Source: a bacterium (GTDB lineage Bacteria; Patescibacteriota; Dojkabacteria; JAKAPS01). From it: a stretch of 64,000 bases of DNA. This document shows positions 28,914 through 38,673 of this stretch, one piece after another. The number at the start of each line of letters is the position of its first letter. The first letter of the stretch is position 1. The position numbers were made by a program, and so were the translations under genes. The DNA lies in contig JAKAPS010000003.1 in NCBI GenBank assembly GCA_021806925.1, forward strand, positions 10,553-74,552. Direction: 5' to 3'. The notes under the pieces are model-generated. The model saw only the letters and a program-made list of their open reading frames with translations, ran no database searches and was not told the origin of the DNA.

Positions 28914-29638
28914 AATTTTTGTAGATTACTATTAAAGTATATTTTATTATTCTTTATAAATAAAGCTAATATATTTTTCTCAAGTATATATGTATATGCA
29001 TTGTCTTCCATTGCATACAGTGCTGTTGCAAAAACATCAGAATCAATTATTGATTCTGATACAACAGTTACACTGTCAAAGTACGTTGCACTTTTTTTTA
29101 AAATAGGATTTAATATGTGATATCCTCGTTCATAACTTCCAGAGGTTGATATTGAGTAATTTTTGTATAATTTAATTCTTTTCAATATATCATTTTTTGT
29201 ATATGGGTTTTTTATTCCAACTACCCAATTATTATTCACTTTCAGATCAATTCCATGAGTTTTTATGTCTCCACCAAAATTAATCAGAAAATTATTTATG
29301 TTATTTGTAAGTAAAATATCTTTTATCTTACTTATAGCATAAGCTTTTACTATCCCATTGAAATTTAAGAATCCGTTAAATTCATATTCAAAATATCCAT
29401 TTGTTTTTTTTCTATATTCGTCTGCTAATTCTTTAACATATTTGAAAACCTTAGGTGAATCATCGATTGTTTTTTTCTTTAGATTAAGCTTGGATATATA
29501 GCTGTTTGAATTATAGTTATTGAATGTATCATCTATTAGGGTCAATAGATTATTAATATCATCAATAACAGATTCACTTAATTCAGGAAATGACTCAATT
29601 ATCAATTCCATTGACATTGTTTGAATTTTTCTTATCAT
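28901..29638 (-). CDS. apbE: FAD:protein FMN transferase (ApbE family), short, with no evident signal peptide
   Basis: NFNGIVKAYA, INFGGDI, WVVGIKNP, STSGSYERGYHILNP, SVTVV and DVFATAL motifs. Confidence 0.88.
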   Translation of the reverse strand: MIRKIQTMSMELIIESFPELSESVIDDINNLLTLIDDTFNNYNSNSYISKLNLKKKTIDDSPKVFKYVKELADEYRKKTNGYFEYEFNGFLNFNGIVKAYAISKIKDILLTNNINNFLINFGGDIKTHGIDLKVNNNWVVGIKNPYTKNDILKRIKLYKNYSISTSGSYERGYHILNPILKKSATYFDSVTVVSESIIDSDVFATALYAMEDNAYTYILEKNILALFIKNNKIYFNSNLQKLCNQ

Positions 29639-29644
29639 ATATAT

Positions 29645-30154
29645 TTACGCTGATGCTTTATTTAATGCATCCTGGAGTGAGGTTATAAACGCATTGCTAA
29701 AATATGTTGCACCACTTACTGCACTAATATACCCGCTATCTGTTGAAATTGCTTCATTTATCAACATCGGTTGAGCTTGAGATACAATTGCAGCACTTGT
29801 TCCAGATCCGTCAGTTGCTAGCTCGTTCACGCTTATACTTGAAAGTACTCCATTTTTTATATTAACAGTCACAGATATTGTTTGAAATCCAGAATTTTCT
29901 GACGCTCCAGTAAATGACCCATTTTTCATACCTGAAGAGGATGAAGAAGTTGTGGATGAAGTAGGAGTAGACGTTGAAGTGGATTGAGATGTTCCAGATG
30001 TAACTGTACTAGTACTTGAAGGCGTTTTTGATGTAGGTGCAGACAAATTTACATTCTCATCTAGGTTGTGCTGTGAGTATATTAATAAGGCACTTATAGA
30101 TGCTACTAACCCTAATGTGGCAATACTGCCAATAACAATATTTCTCTTTTTCAT
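29645..30154 (-). CDS. Membrane-anchored FMN-binding (flavinylated) protein
   Basis: N-terminal TM anchor, Ser/Thr linker, MKNGSFTG domain start, AVSGAT flavinylation motif. Confidence 0.88.
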   Translation of the reverse strand: MKKRNIVIGSIATLGLVASISALLIYSQHNLDENVNLSAPTSKTPSSTSTVTSGTSQSTSTSTPTSSTTSSSSSGMKNGSFTGASENSGFQTISVTVNIKNGVLSSISVNELATDGSGTSAAIVSQAQPMLINEAISTDSGYISAVSGATYFSNAFITSLQDALNKASA

Positions 30155-30238
30155 TCTATATTAATCTAACATAAATTTATTAAAAAATAATTAAAATAAA
30201 AATTCTATTTTTAATTAATCATCCTATGTGTAAGAGAA

Positions 30239-30268
30239 TAGTTACAGATATGTACATATTTGTAACTA
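30239..30268. promoter_or_regulatory. 30-bp near-perfect palindrome, operator-like
   Basis: TAGTTACAGATATGTACATATTTGTAACTA, one mismatched pair, ending 12 bp before the ATG at 30281. Confidence 0.6.
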
Positions 30269-30280
30269 GATATTTACATT

Positions 30281-31467
30281 ATGAAAAAAAGATTGTTATT
30301 CTTTGATCTAAAAAAATATTTAAAACATAAGAATGCATTGGTTATAACAGGAATGCGTCAGGTAGGAAAAACTACTTTAATGAGACAGTTATATGATGAA
30401 ATAGAAGATAATCCAAAACTTTGGTTTGATTTTGAAAATCCGTTAGATCAAAAAGTATTTGAAGATGAGGACTACAATGTAATATATAAAAGACTGGTTG
30501 AGATGGTTGGTATAAAAAATAAGAGATTATATGTGTTTTTAGATGAGATACAGAATTTCCCAGAAATAACTAGAATAATGAAGTATATAATTGAGCATTA
30601 TGGCATTAAATTTATTGTTACGGGCTCATCAAGTTATTATCTCAAAAATTTATTCCCAGAATCATTGAGTGGAAGAAAGTTCCTTTATGTATTACCTCCA
30701 CTAACATTTAAAGAATATCTATATTTCAACGACATTATTACACTCGAGGAGGCACAAGAGAAGAATATTGAATTTCTTCTGGTACAGACAGATATTTTTT
30801 TGTATAAAAATATGAAACAGCATACAACCAGTACCTTAATTTTGGAGGTTTTCCAGAAGTTGTCATGACGCAAGATACTCAAACAAAAACAATGGTACTT
30901 CGTAATATATTTGCTTCATTTTTTGAAAAGGATATTAAACTCTTATCAGATTACTCTGATATTCGACAACTGCGTGATCTGATTCTATTGCTTGTTCCTA
31001 GAGTTGGCTCTATGCTTGATGTTTCTAAACTGGCTGGAGAATTAGGGATTGATAGGCCAAAGCTTTATAATTTTCTGGAGTTTTTAAAAGGTACGTTTTT
31101 AATTACTCTATTACCTAAATTCTCTAATAGTATAGATCGTTCAGTTGCAGGAGGAAGAAAAGTATACTTTAGTGATATTGGATTGCTGCAAACAATAGGT
31201 AATATAAATGATGGACAATTATTAGAAAATGCTGTAGTGAATCAATTGAACTTTTACGGGGATCTAAGTTTCTATAATAAAAGAAACACATCAGAAATAG
31301 ATGTAATTTTGAATAAAGAAATTGCATTTGAAGTAAAATTATATGGTTCAGAAAGGGATTATCAAAAATTAGAATATTTATCAAAAAAATTGAAAATAAA
31401 GAAATGTTATGTGTTGTCTAAATCATTCAATACAAACAACAAAATCATTTCCCCAGTAAATATGTAG
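30281..31467 (+). pseudogene. AAA_14/DUF4143 ATPase split by a single frameshift near 30795-30810
   Basis: GMRQVGKTT, DEIQ and ESLSGRK in the first frame; YLNFGGFPEVV continues in the second ORF's frame upstream of its ATG; the break lies at T7/A5 homopolymers. Confidence 0.82.
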
Positions 31468-31960
31468 TTGAAATTGTATTTTATAACGGATCTCTTGCAA
31501 AAAGTAATATATATATTCGTAACTATTCACCGTTTTACCTAGATGTAGAATTGATTATCGTAGAAGGATTAATTTTGGATATAAAAGAGCTTATAAAGTC
31601 TATATCTTTACTAAAATATATTTTATATAACGTAATTTTGCTTATTCTACTGCAATATATAAGGATACAACTTTACCTTCTAATTTTGATTATTCTATTG
31701 AAAGGTCATTTATGCTTACATTGCAATACTGAATCTAGTGAATAATTATATATATTCAAGAATATTTAAAGTCAAAAACAGAAACGCAAATAAATAAAAT
31801 AAATGAATATCTAATTAAAATGAAATTAATACATTCTGTTAAGTGAATTAATTGATGAAGCAATACTAAGATATAATAAGGATAAAAAACTCATTAAAAC
31901 AATTGATAGTCCTTTGTGGAATTAAACAAATAAATATTTAGTATTATTGGTAATTTGAGA

Positions 31961-32911
31961 TTAATTAAACCAAATCTTAAATATTGTTCTATCATCGTTA
32001 GATTCAACATCTATAGTATAATTGTATATATCAAGTATCTCTTTTACAATTGACAATCCAAGTCCATATCCTTTTGAGTCATCTGATTTTGTAAACCTAT
32101 CAAATATGGTATTAATTGGTATATCTATTTTATTTCCATCATTCTGTATAGATAGCCAAACTCTTTTACTATTTTTGTTTGTATCTGTTGTTCCGTAATC
32201 AATCTTTATATATGATTTTGTGTGACTAATTGAATTTCTTAATAGATTGGAAAATATTATTATTAGTAATTCATATTTAATATTTACATATGTTTTATTT
32301 CCTATATTAAAAATTATTCTTTTATCGTTTTTATCAACATTGTTATTAATAAATTCTCCAAGTTCGATCTTATCTGTATTATTTGCTATATCTTTTTGTG
32401 AATTATATGATATTAAATAAAGAGAATTTGTTATATTTATTAATCTGTCTGTTTCTTCAAGTAATGATTCTATCAAATTTCCACAGTTTACAGATTTACA
32501 ATTTTTATTCTCATTTTGAATAATATGAGATTCAAGTGTTGCTTTCATTATTGCAAGTGGAGTCTTTAATTCATGAGCAGAATTTGAAATGAAATTATCC
32601 TGTTTCTTTTGTTCAGTTTCAATATCATGGAATATTCTAGAAGTTATGACCATTGATATTATTACAAGAATAGCAATGAATGAAATATCTGAAATCAAGA
32701 TGGATTCGAAAAGAACTAGATCAGAGTTCTCCTCTATGCTTGTTTCATATGATCTATAATTACCTTTGTTACTGGTTAATCGATATTCATTGTATAAATT
32801 TGCTTTTAAAAGGAAAAAAAGAAATATGCTTGAGAATATAAAAGTAATGATGATTACTATAAATATCAATGAGAATACCTTTTTCTTTGTATTGCTTATT
32901 GTAGTTCTCAA
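31961..32911 (-). CDS. Sensor histidine kinase
   Basis: 2 TM helices, H-box SAHELKTPL, N-box NLLRNSI, F-box IFDRF, G2 box GYGLGLSIV. Confidence 0.92.
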   Translation of the reverse strand: MRTTISNTKKKVFSLIFIVIIITFIFSSIFLFFLLKANLYNEYRLTSNKGNYRSYETSIEENSDLVLFESILISDISFIAILVIISMVITSRIFHDIETEQKKQDNFISNSAHELKTPLAIMKATLESHIIQNENKNCKSVNCGNLIESLLEETDRLINITNSLYLISYNSQKDIANNTDKIELGEFINNNVDKNDKRIIFNIGNKTYVNIKYELLIIIFSNLLRNSISHTKSYIKIDYGTTDTNKNSKRVWLSIQNDGNKIDIPINTIFDRFTKSDDSKGYGLGLSIVKEILDIYNYTIDVESNDDRTIFKIWFN

Positions 32912-32922
32912 TTTGTTTTTTC

Positions 32923-33564
32923 TTATTCTAATTTATAACCTAATTTGGGTATCGTTATTAATCTACCCTTTAAAAAGGGAAGCTTTTTCCTAATCCTGCA
33001 TATGTGAACATCTACAGTATTACTAAGTGAATCTGATTTTAAAACATCTTCTGCTAACTTCTCACGTGTATGAATGACTTTAGGAAATTTAAACATATGT
33101 TCAAGTATTATATATTCACTTAAGTTAAGCTCAAAGAATTTATTCATATAGACTACATGTCTTGTTGCACTATCTATTGTTATATCCATATATTTTATAG
33201 TTTTAGGTTGTGAAAATAGATTATTAATCTTAGTAATTAAAACCTTTATTGAGAATGGCTTGGTTATATAGTCAATTGCACCTGTTTCCAATCCTTTAAT
33301 AATTATATCTTCTGAATCATTTACACTAATAAATATAACTTTAATACTATTTTCTTTATTTATTTTCTTTATTAAATCAATTCCATTTATATAAGGCATT
33401 TTTATATCACAAATGATAAGATCAATCGATGAGTAATCAATTCTATTGTCCATAACTAGTAATGGATTGTTTATATATCTTGCATTAAACCCAGAGTTAT
33501 TTAAAGCGCTTGCGATTGCTTCACATAATTTTATTTCATCATCAATTATTAATATGTTTACCAT
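32923..33564 (-). CDS. OmpR-family response regulator
   Basis: IIDDE, CDIKMP, GAIDYITKPF, NTVDVHICRIRKKL and GYKL motifs. Confidence 0.93.
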   Translation of the reverse strand: MVNILIIDDEIKLCEAIASALNNSGFNARYINNPLLVMDNRIDYSSIDLIICDIKMPYINGIDLIKKINKENSIKVIFISVNDSEDIIIKGLETGAIDYITKPFSIKVLITKINNLFSQPKTIKYMDITIDSATRHVVYMNKFFELNLSEYIILEHMFKFPKVIHTREKLAEDVLKSDSLSNTVDVHICRIRKKLPFLKGRLITIPKLGYKLE

Positions 33565-33633
33565 TTAGTTAATATATTATACAATATATGTGTAGGTAAG
33601 AGTTTGATGGATATATATGTTTAATTTTGTTTT

Positions 33634-34179
33634 ATGAATAATACAATTAATCTTCTAGCAAATTCAGCTAGAGCAAAGAACATTGTTGATCAGTTTTATG
33701 TATGGGCTATGGGTACTGGTAGGTACATTGTTATTGTAATGGAGGTAATAATAATTGTTGGATTCATATATAAGTTCAAAATAGATACGGATTACAAAAC
33801 ATTGTTATATAATTTTAATTTATTAGATCAAAGATATTCTGTTGTATATCCACAGGAGCAGGCTATATTAAAGTATAACAGGAAGATTAATGTATATTTA
33901 TCTTCTGATAAAAATCAAGTAAAGATGACCAATAGATTAAATCTTGTTTTAGAATCTATTCCAAATTATATAGTCATAAATCAGGTGAATTTTACTGGAA
34001 ATACTATACAATTCACTGGTAGTGTACAGACCAGCCAGAACTCAAACACTGAAATTAACAATCTTGCAACAACATTTAAGAATAACACATCATTTTCCTC
34101 TGTTGAAATAAATACATTGTCTTCTGTACTAGGTCAGAACTATACATCATTTTCAATTAATTTAGTATATAACGGATGA
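33634..34179 (+). CDS. pilN: Type IV pilus alignment protein, PilN-like
   Basis: N-terminal INLL motif, single TM, coiled coil, IP..I.I..V.F...I.F.G.V domain. Confidence 0.7.
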   Translation: MNNTINLLANSARAKNIVDQFYVWAMGTGRYIVIVMEVIIIVGFIYKFKIDTDYKTLLYNFNLLDQRYSVVYPQEQAILKYNRKINVYLSSDKNQVKMTNRLNLVLESIPNYIVINQVNFTGNTIQFTGSVQTSQNSNTEINNLATTFKNNTSFSSVEINTLSSVLGQNYTSFSINLVYNG

Positions 34180-34799
34180 ATTATTATAACAGCATAAAAA
34201 CACGGATAGTAAAATCAACTAAAAGTGAGATATCTCGTGGTTATATTGTTTTGGCTTCTACCCTTATTTTTACAATTTCTATAATTCTATTTGTAATTTA
34301 TCCATTATATTCTGATATCACAATTGAGGCTGGGAGATATTCATATTTGAACTCTCAATATAGTATAGTGTATAAGAATTATGAATCACTGTTAGCATTA
34401 AGTAGCGTTTATTCAGCGGAAATCCAGCCTAATCTTAGTGTTATGAATATCATAGAGCCTGATAATCCATCTATCGGATTATATAGTGCAAATATAAACG
34501 CAATATCAAAAACAGATAATATAAGCCTTTCTGGAATTCAATATAATGTTAATATAAATCAAATACTTCCACAATCTGTTAGCACAACACTAAATAATTC
34601 AAACTCTGGTGATACAATATATATATCTATAACAGGAAGCGGTACTTCTCAGAATATACGTAAATTTTTATCGGATATAACAAATTTCCCAAGAATAACT
34701 ACAATATATTCTATGAATATATTTCAAAATGTTGTTAATGGTAATGCTCAAAGTGACTTTACATTTAGCATTGTAGAAGCAATAAACTATAAATCATGA
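34176..34799 (+). CDS. pilO: Type IV pilus alignment protein, PilO-like
   Basis: Single TM, follows pilN, C-terminal FL..I.NFPRI motif. Confidence 0.7.
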   Translation: MNYYNSIKTRIVKSTKSEISRGYIVLASTLIFTISIILFVIYPLYSDITIEAGRYSYLNSQYSIVYKNYESLLALSSVYSAEIQPNLSVMNIIEPDNPSIGLYSANINAISKTDNISLSGIQYNVNINQILPQSVSTTLNNSNSGDTIYISITGSGTSQNIRKFLSDITNFPRITTIYSMNIFQNVVNGNAQSDFTFSIVEAINYKS

Positions 34800-34824
34800 A
34801 AAAGATATTAATACACTATAAAAT

Positions 34825-35031
34825 ATGAAGAAGATATTAATAAGATTGTTAGTGGTTTTTCTTGTTACACTGGTAATATTTATAGGGTTGCAACTTGCTG
34901 AAAATGTACTTTATCCACAACAAGCTTTTACGGGGTATCAAAAGTACATTGTCCAGTTGCCTGTAAGTCTTCATCAGGATGTGTACAACACAATAAATAT
35001 TTCTAATGTACCTGTTACTCCAACGAATTGA
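34825..35031 (+). CDS. Small single-TM hypothetical protein
   Basis: MKKILIR plus a hydrophobic helix; downstream of pilO. Confidence 0.55.
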   Translation: MKKILIRLLVVFLVTLVIFIGLQLAENVLYPQQAFTGYQKYIVQLPVSLHQDVYNTINISNVPVTPTN

Positions 35032-35122
35032 TAAATGTTGACATGAATTCTGAAATATGGTATTAAGATGTATATATCTACAAATTGAAAAATACAATCT
35101 ATCATAAAAGTTGATATTTATT

Positions 35123-35150
35123 ATCCCGCGTGTCGGGATTTTGTTGTTGT
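35123..35150 (+). terminator. GC hairpin plus T-rich tract immediately upstream of rpoB
   Basis: ATCCCG-CGTGT-CGGGAT followed by TTTGTTGTTGT. Confidence 0.55.
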
Positions 35151-35160
35151 TAAAAAAAAT

Positions 35161-38100
35161 ATGGCAAAAAAAAATATAAATTCCACCACTAAGTTTAGAG
35201 AAAGGGTCGATATATCAAAAAATCATATATCAATGCCAATTGAAAACTTAATATCTGTTCAAATGGATTCATTTAATAAATTCATTGAAACTGGTATAAA
35301 AACTGTATTTAGCGAGGTTAACCCAATAATTGACAATTCAGGAAGACTTTGGAGTCTTGAATTTCTTGATTATAGACTTGGAAAACCTAATACCACTGAG
35401 CTTGATGCAATTAATAAAGATATAAGTTATGATGCTCCTCTTTTTTATAATATAAGATTAATAAATAAGCAATCTGGTGAAGTAAAAGAGCAGGAATTGT
35501 TCATTTGCGATTTGCCTATAATGACAAACAGAGGAAGCTTCATTATAGGAGGTATAGAAAGAGTAGTTGTTAACCAGATTATAAGATCAGAGGGAGTTGT
35601 TTTTATGGAATCTGGCGAATTGAATGTAGATAATTCTCATTTATACTTGGCAAAGCTTATCCCTGAAAGAGGTTCATGGTACAATTTTGAAGTAAACAAG
35701 CACGGTGTTATTAGTGTTAAAATACTTGCAAAGAGGCCAAAGATACTCATTACTGAGCTTTTAAGAGCAATTGGTTATTCAAGTAATGCGGAAATTTTAA
35801 ATCTATTTACATCAAGAGATGCAAATATTGATGACAAAGGGTCAATAAGAGAATTTATAGAGAATACACTTTTGAAGGATTCAACATCATCAAAGGAAGA
35901 AGCTGTTATGGATATATACAGAAAATTGAGACCAGATATATCCACTTCATATGAAAATGCCAAGGATTTTATATATGATATATTTTTTAATCCTAAGAGA
36001 CTTTATTTAGGTAGAACTGGTAGATATCAGTTAACTAAAAAGTTGGGTAATAATCCATTAATATCTAATATTGATGATGAGTCAAGCTATTCGCTTTATC
36101 CTACTGATATTATAGCAATTATAAAAAGATTAATTGAAGTTAATCTTGGTAAATATCCACCTGATGATATTGATTCACTTGGAAACAGAAGAATAAAACT
36201 TGTTGGTGAACATATAATGGATTATCTTAGAATAGGTGTTCATAGAGTTGAAAAAAATATTAAAGACAGAATGAGTTTGCATGGAACTGATGAGTTACTT
36301 GTTCCATCTGTACTTGTAAGCACAAGACCAATAACAGCAGCATTTAATGAGTTTTTTGGTAGTAGTGAACTTTCAGCATTTATGGATCAAGTTAATGTTC
36401 TTTCTGAGCTTGTTAATAAAAGAAGAATTACAACAACTGGACCTAAGGGTTTGACAAAAGAAAGAGCAACATATTCTGTTCGTGATACTCACTTCTCCCA
36501 TTATGGAAGAATATGTCCAGTTGAAACTCCAGAAGGACCAAACATTGGATTAGTAAATCAATTGGCAGTTTATTCACGAGTGAATTCATATGGTTTACTT
36601 GAAACACCATATAGAAAAGTAGAATCTAATGTTAAGGTTGGTGCATCTATTCACAGAATAACTGCAGTTGAATATGAAGATATCCCAGAAGGTACATTGA
36701 TAACTAAAGAAGTTCAAGCTAAATTAAAAGCATTAAAACTAGATAATATTGAAGTTTATCCTTATATAACTGATGAAATAGAATATATGGAATCTAGTAA
36801 GGAATATGATAAGAAAATCACTTCCATAACTATAGATTATGATAAATATAATAATATATTATCAAAATATGTTCCGCTAAGGTATAAGGGTACATACAAC
36901 TATGACAGCATTTCAAAAATTGAATATATTGAATGTTCAAATAATCAAATTGCTGGAATGAGTGTATCATTAATACCATTTGCGTCTCATAATTATTCAC
37001 AAAGAACACTTCTCGGTACAAACATGCAAAGGCAGGCTGTTCCATTAGTTAATTTTGAAGCTCCATTTGTTGGAACTGGATTTGAAAGAGTAATAGGAAT
37101 AAATTCAAAAAGAATAGTTCTTGCACCATATGATGGTGAAGTTGTATTTGCTGATGCTTCTAAAGTTACATTGAAATATAAGAATGAAAAGGGTAAGGTC
37201 TTGAAAGAAACGTTCCCTGTTCAGAAATTTTATAGAACCAATTTGAATACTTGTTTTACACAAAACATTATGGTTAAAACAGGAGATAAAGTAACTAAGG
37301 GGCAGATTATAATTGATGGGCCTAATTTTGTAAATGGAGAGATTGCACTTGGAACTAATATAAAGGTTGCATATATGCTTTGGGATGGTTATACATATGA
37401 TGATGGAATTGTAATTTCAAAAAGGCTTGTTGATGAAGATGTTTTAACATCTATTCACATAAGTAAATTCAGCCAGGAAGTTAGAGATACAAGACTTGGA
37501 GCTGAAATGATAACAAGAGATGTTCCAGGGAATTCAGACTATTCTCTAAGAAATTTAGATGAGAGCGGTATTGTTAGAGTTGGAGCATATGTTCATGAAG
37601 GGGATTTGCTAGTTGGTATTGTTGCTCCAAAAGGAGAGACTGAACTTACAGCAGAAGAGAGGCTTCTTAGAGCAGTTTTTGGTGATTACGCAAAAGACGT
37701 AAGAGATAACTCATTAAAGGTTCCACATGGAGTTGAAGGTGTTGTTGTAAATGTTAACATTCTTTCTAAGGAATCTGGTGATAAATTGCCTACAAGTGTA
37801 ATTTACAATGTAAAGGTTGAAATTGCACAAACAAGGAAAATTCAAGTTGGAGATAAATTATCAGGAAGATATGGGGATAAAGGTGTAATCTCAAAGATTG
37901 TTCCAATTGAAGATATGCCATATACAAAAGATGGAACTCCAGTTGATATCGTTCTTTCTCCTCTTGGAATTATAAAAAGAATGAATATTGCACAATTCCT
38001 TGAATTAAATCTTGGGTTGAAGGCAGAAAAACTTGGTGTTAATTTTGAATTACCAATCTTTACACAATTAGATCAAGAGAAATTAAACGATGCTATAACT

Positions 38101-38670
38101 AAGTATGGTGGTGATAAGAAATCCTTGAATGAATTAGATAGTGATAAGGTTTTCTTGAGTGATGGTAAAACAAGTGAAATATACCCAGAAAAGGTATCTG
38201 TAGGTCCAAGGTATATACTAAAACTGAATCATATGGTTGAAGATAAAGTTCATGCTAGAGCGACTGGTTCATATACTCTTGTAACACAGCAACCTCTTGG
38301 TGGTAAAGCACAGTTTGGAGGTCAGAGGTTTGGAGAAATGGAAGTATGGGCACTTGAAGCATATGGTGCATCAGCTATTTTACAGGAGATGCTTACTATA
38401 AAATCTGATGATATTAAAGGTAGGTCAGATGCATACAAGGCTATAATAACTGGAGAAAAGATAGGTGTACCAGGAAAGACGGAAGGTTTTAGAGTATTTA
38501 CATCTGAAATGAGATCTCTTGGAATTGAATTGAATGAAATTTATGATGATACTGGTAGTACAAACAATGTAAATACTAATAATAATAACGAAAATAATAA
38601 TATAAAGTCATCTGGTGAAAATCCAGTTGACACCTCAGATAATTCTGAGCATTTTGGAAGAATTGCATAA
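35161..38670 (+). CDS. rpoB: DNA-directed RNA polymerase subunit beta
   Basis: GRICPVETPEGPNIGL, NMQRQAVP, GDKLSGR, HMVEDKVHAR and GGQRFGEMEVWALEAYG motifs. Confidence 0.99.
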   Translation: MAKKNINSTTKFRERVDISKNHISMPIENLISVQMDSFNKFIETGIKTVFSEVNPIIDNSGRLWSLEFLDYRLGKPNTTELDAINKDISYDAPLFYNIRLINKQSGEVKEQELFICDLPIMTNRGSFIIGGIERVVVNQIIRSEGVVFMESGELNVDNSHLYLAKLIPERGSWYNFEVNKHGVISVKILAKRPKILITELLRAIGYSSNAEILNLFTSRDANIDDKGSIREFIENTLLKDSTSSKEEAVMDIYRKLRPDISTSYENAKDFIYDIFFNPKRLYLGRTGRYQLTKKLGNNPLISNIDDESSYSLYPTDIIAIIKRLIEVNLGKYPPDDIDSLGNRRIKLVGEHIMDYLRIGVHRVEKNIKDRMSLHGTDELLVPSVLVSTRPITAAFNEFFGSSELSAFMDQVNVLSELVNKRRITTTGPKGLTKERATYSVRDTHFSHYGRICPVETPEGPNIGLVNQLAVYSRVNSYGLLETPYRKVESNVKVGASIHRITAVEYEDIPEGTLITKEVQAKLKALKLDNIEVYPYITDEIEYMESSKEYDKKITSITIDYDKYNNILSKYVPLRYKGTYNYDSISKIEYIECSNNQIAGMSVSLIPFASHNYSQRTLLGTNMQRQAVPLVNFEAPFVGTGFERVIGINSKRIVLAPYDGEVVFADASKVTLKYKNEKGKVLKETFPVQKFYRTNLNTCFTQNIMVKTGDKVTKGQIIIDGPNFVNGEIALGTNIKVAYMLWDGYTYDDGIVISKRLVDEDVLTSIHISKFSQEVRDTRLGAEMITRDVPGNSDYSLRNLDESGIVRVGAYVHEGDLLVGIVAPKGETELTAEERLLRAVFGDYAKDVRDNSLKVPHGVEGVVVNVNILSKESGDKLPTSVIYNVKVEIAQTRKIQVGDKLSGRYGDKGVISKIVPIEDMPYTKDGTPVDIVLSPLGIIKRMNIAQFLELNLGLKAEKLGVNFELPIFTQLDQEKLNDAITKYGGDKKSLNELDSDKVFLSDGKTSEIYPEKVSVGPRYILKLNHMVEDKVHARATGSYTLVTQQPLGGKAQFGGQRFGEMEVWALEAYGASAILQEMLTIKSDDIKGRSDAYKAIITGEKIGVPGKTEGFRVFTSEMRSLGIELNEIYDDTGSTNNVNTNNNNENNNIKSSGENPVDTSDNSEHFGRIA

Positions 38671-38673
38671 ATA

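Noticed and set aside
31490-31930. 64-aa ORF at 31551 or a decayed gene in the spacer
   Set aside because: TTG start, low-complexity translation and multiple stops in the other frames; no identifiable family
38551-38670. Asn-rich AAT repeats at the end of rpoB
   Set aside because: Low-complexity disordered tail expected in an AT-rich genome
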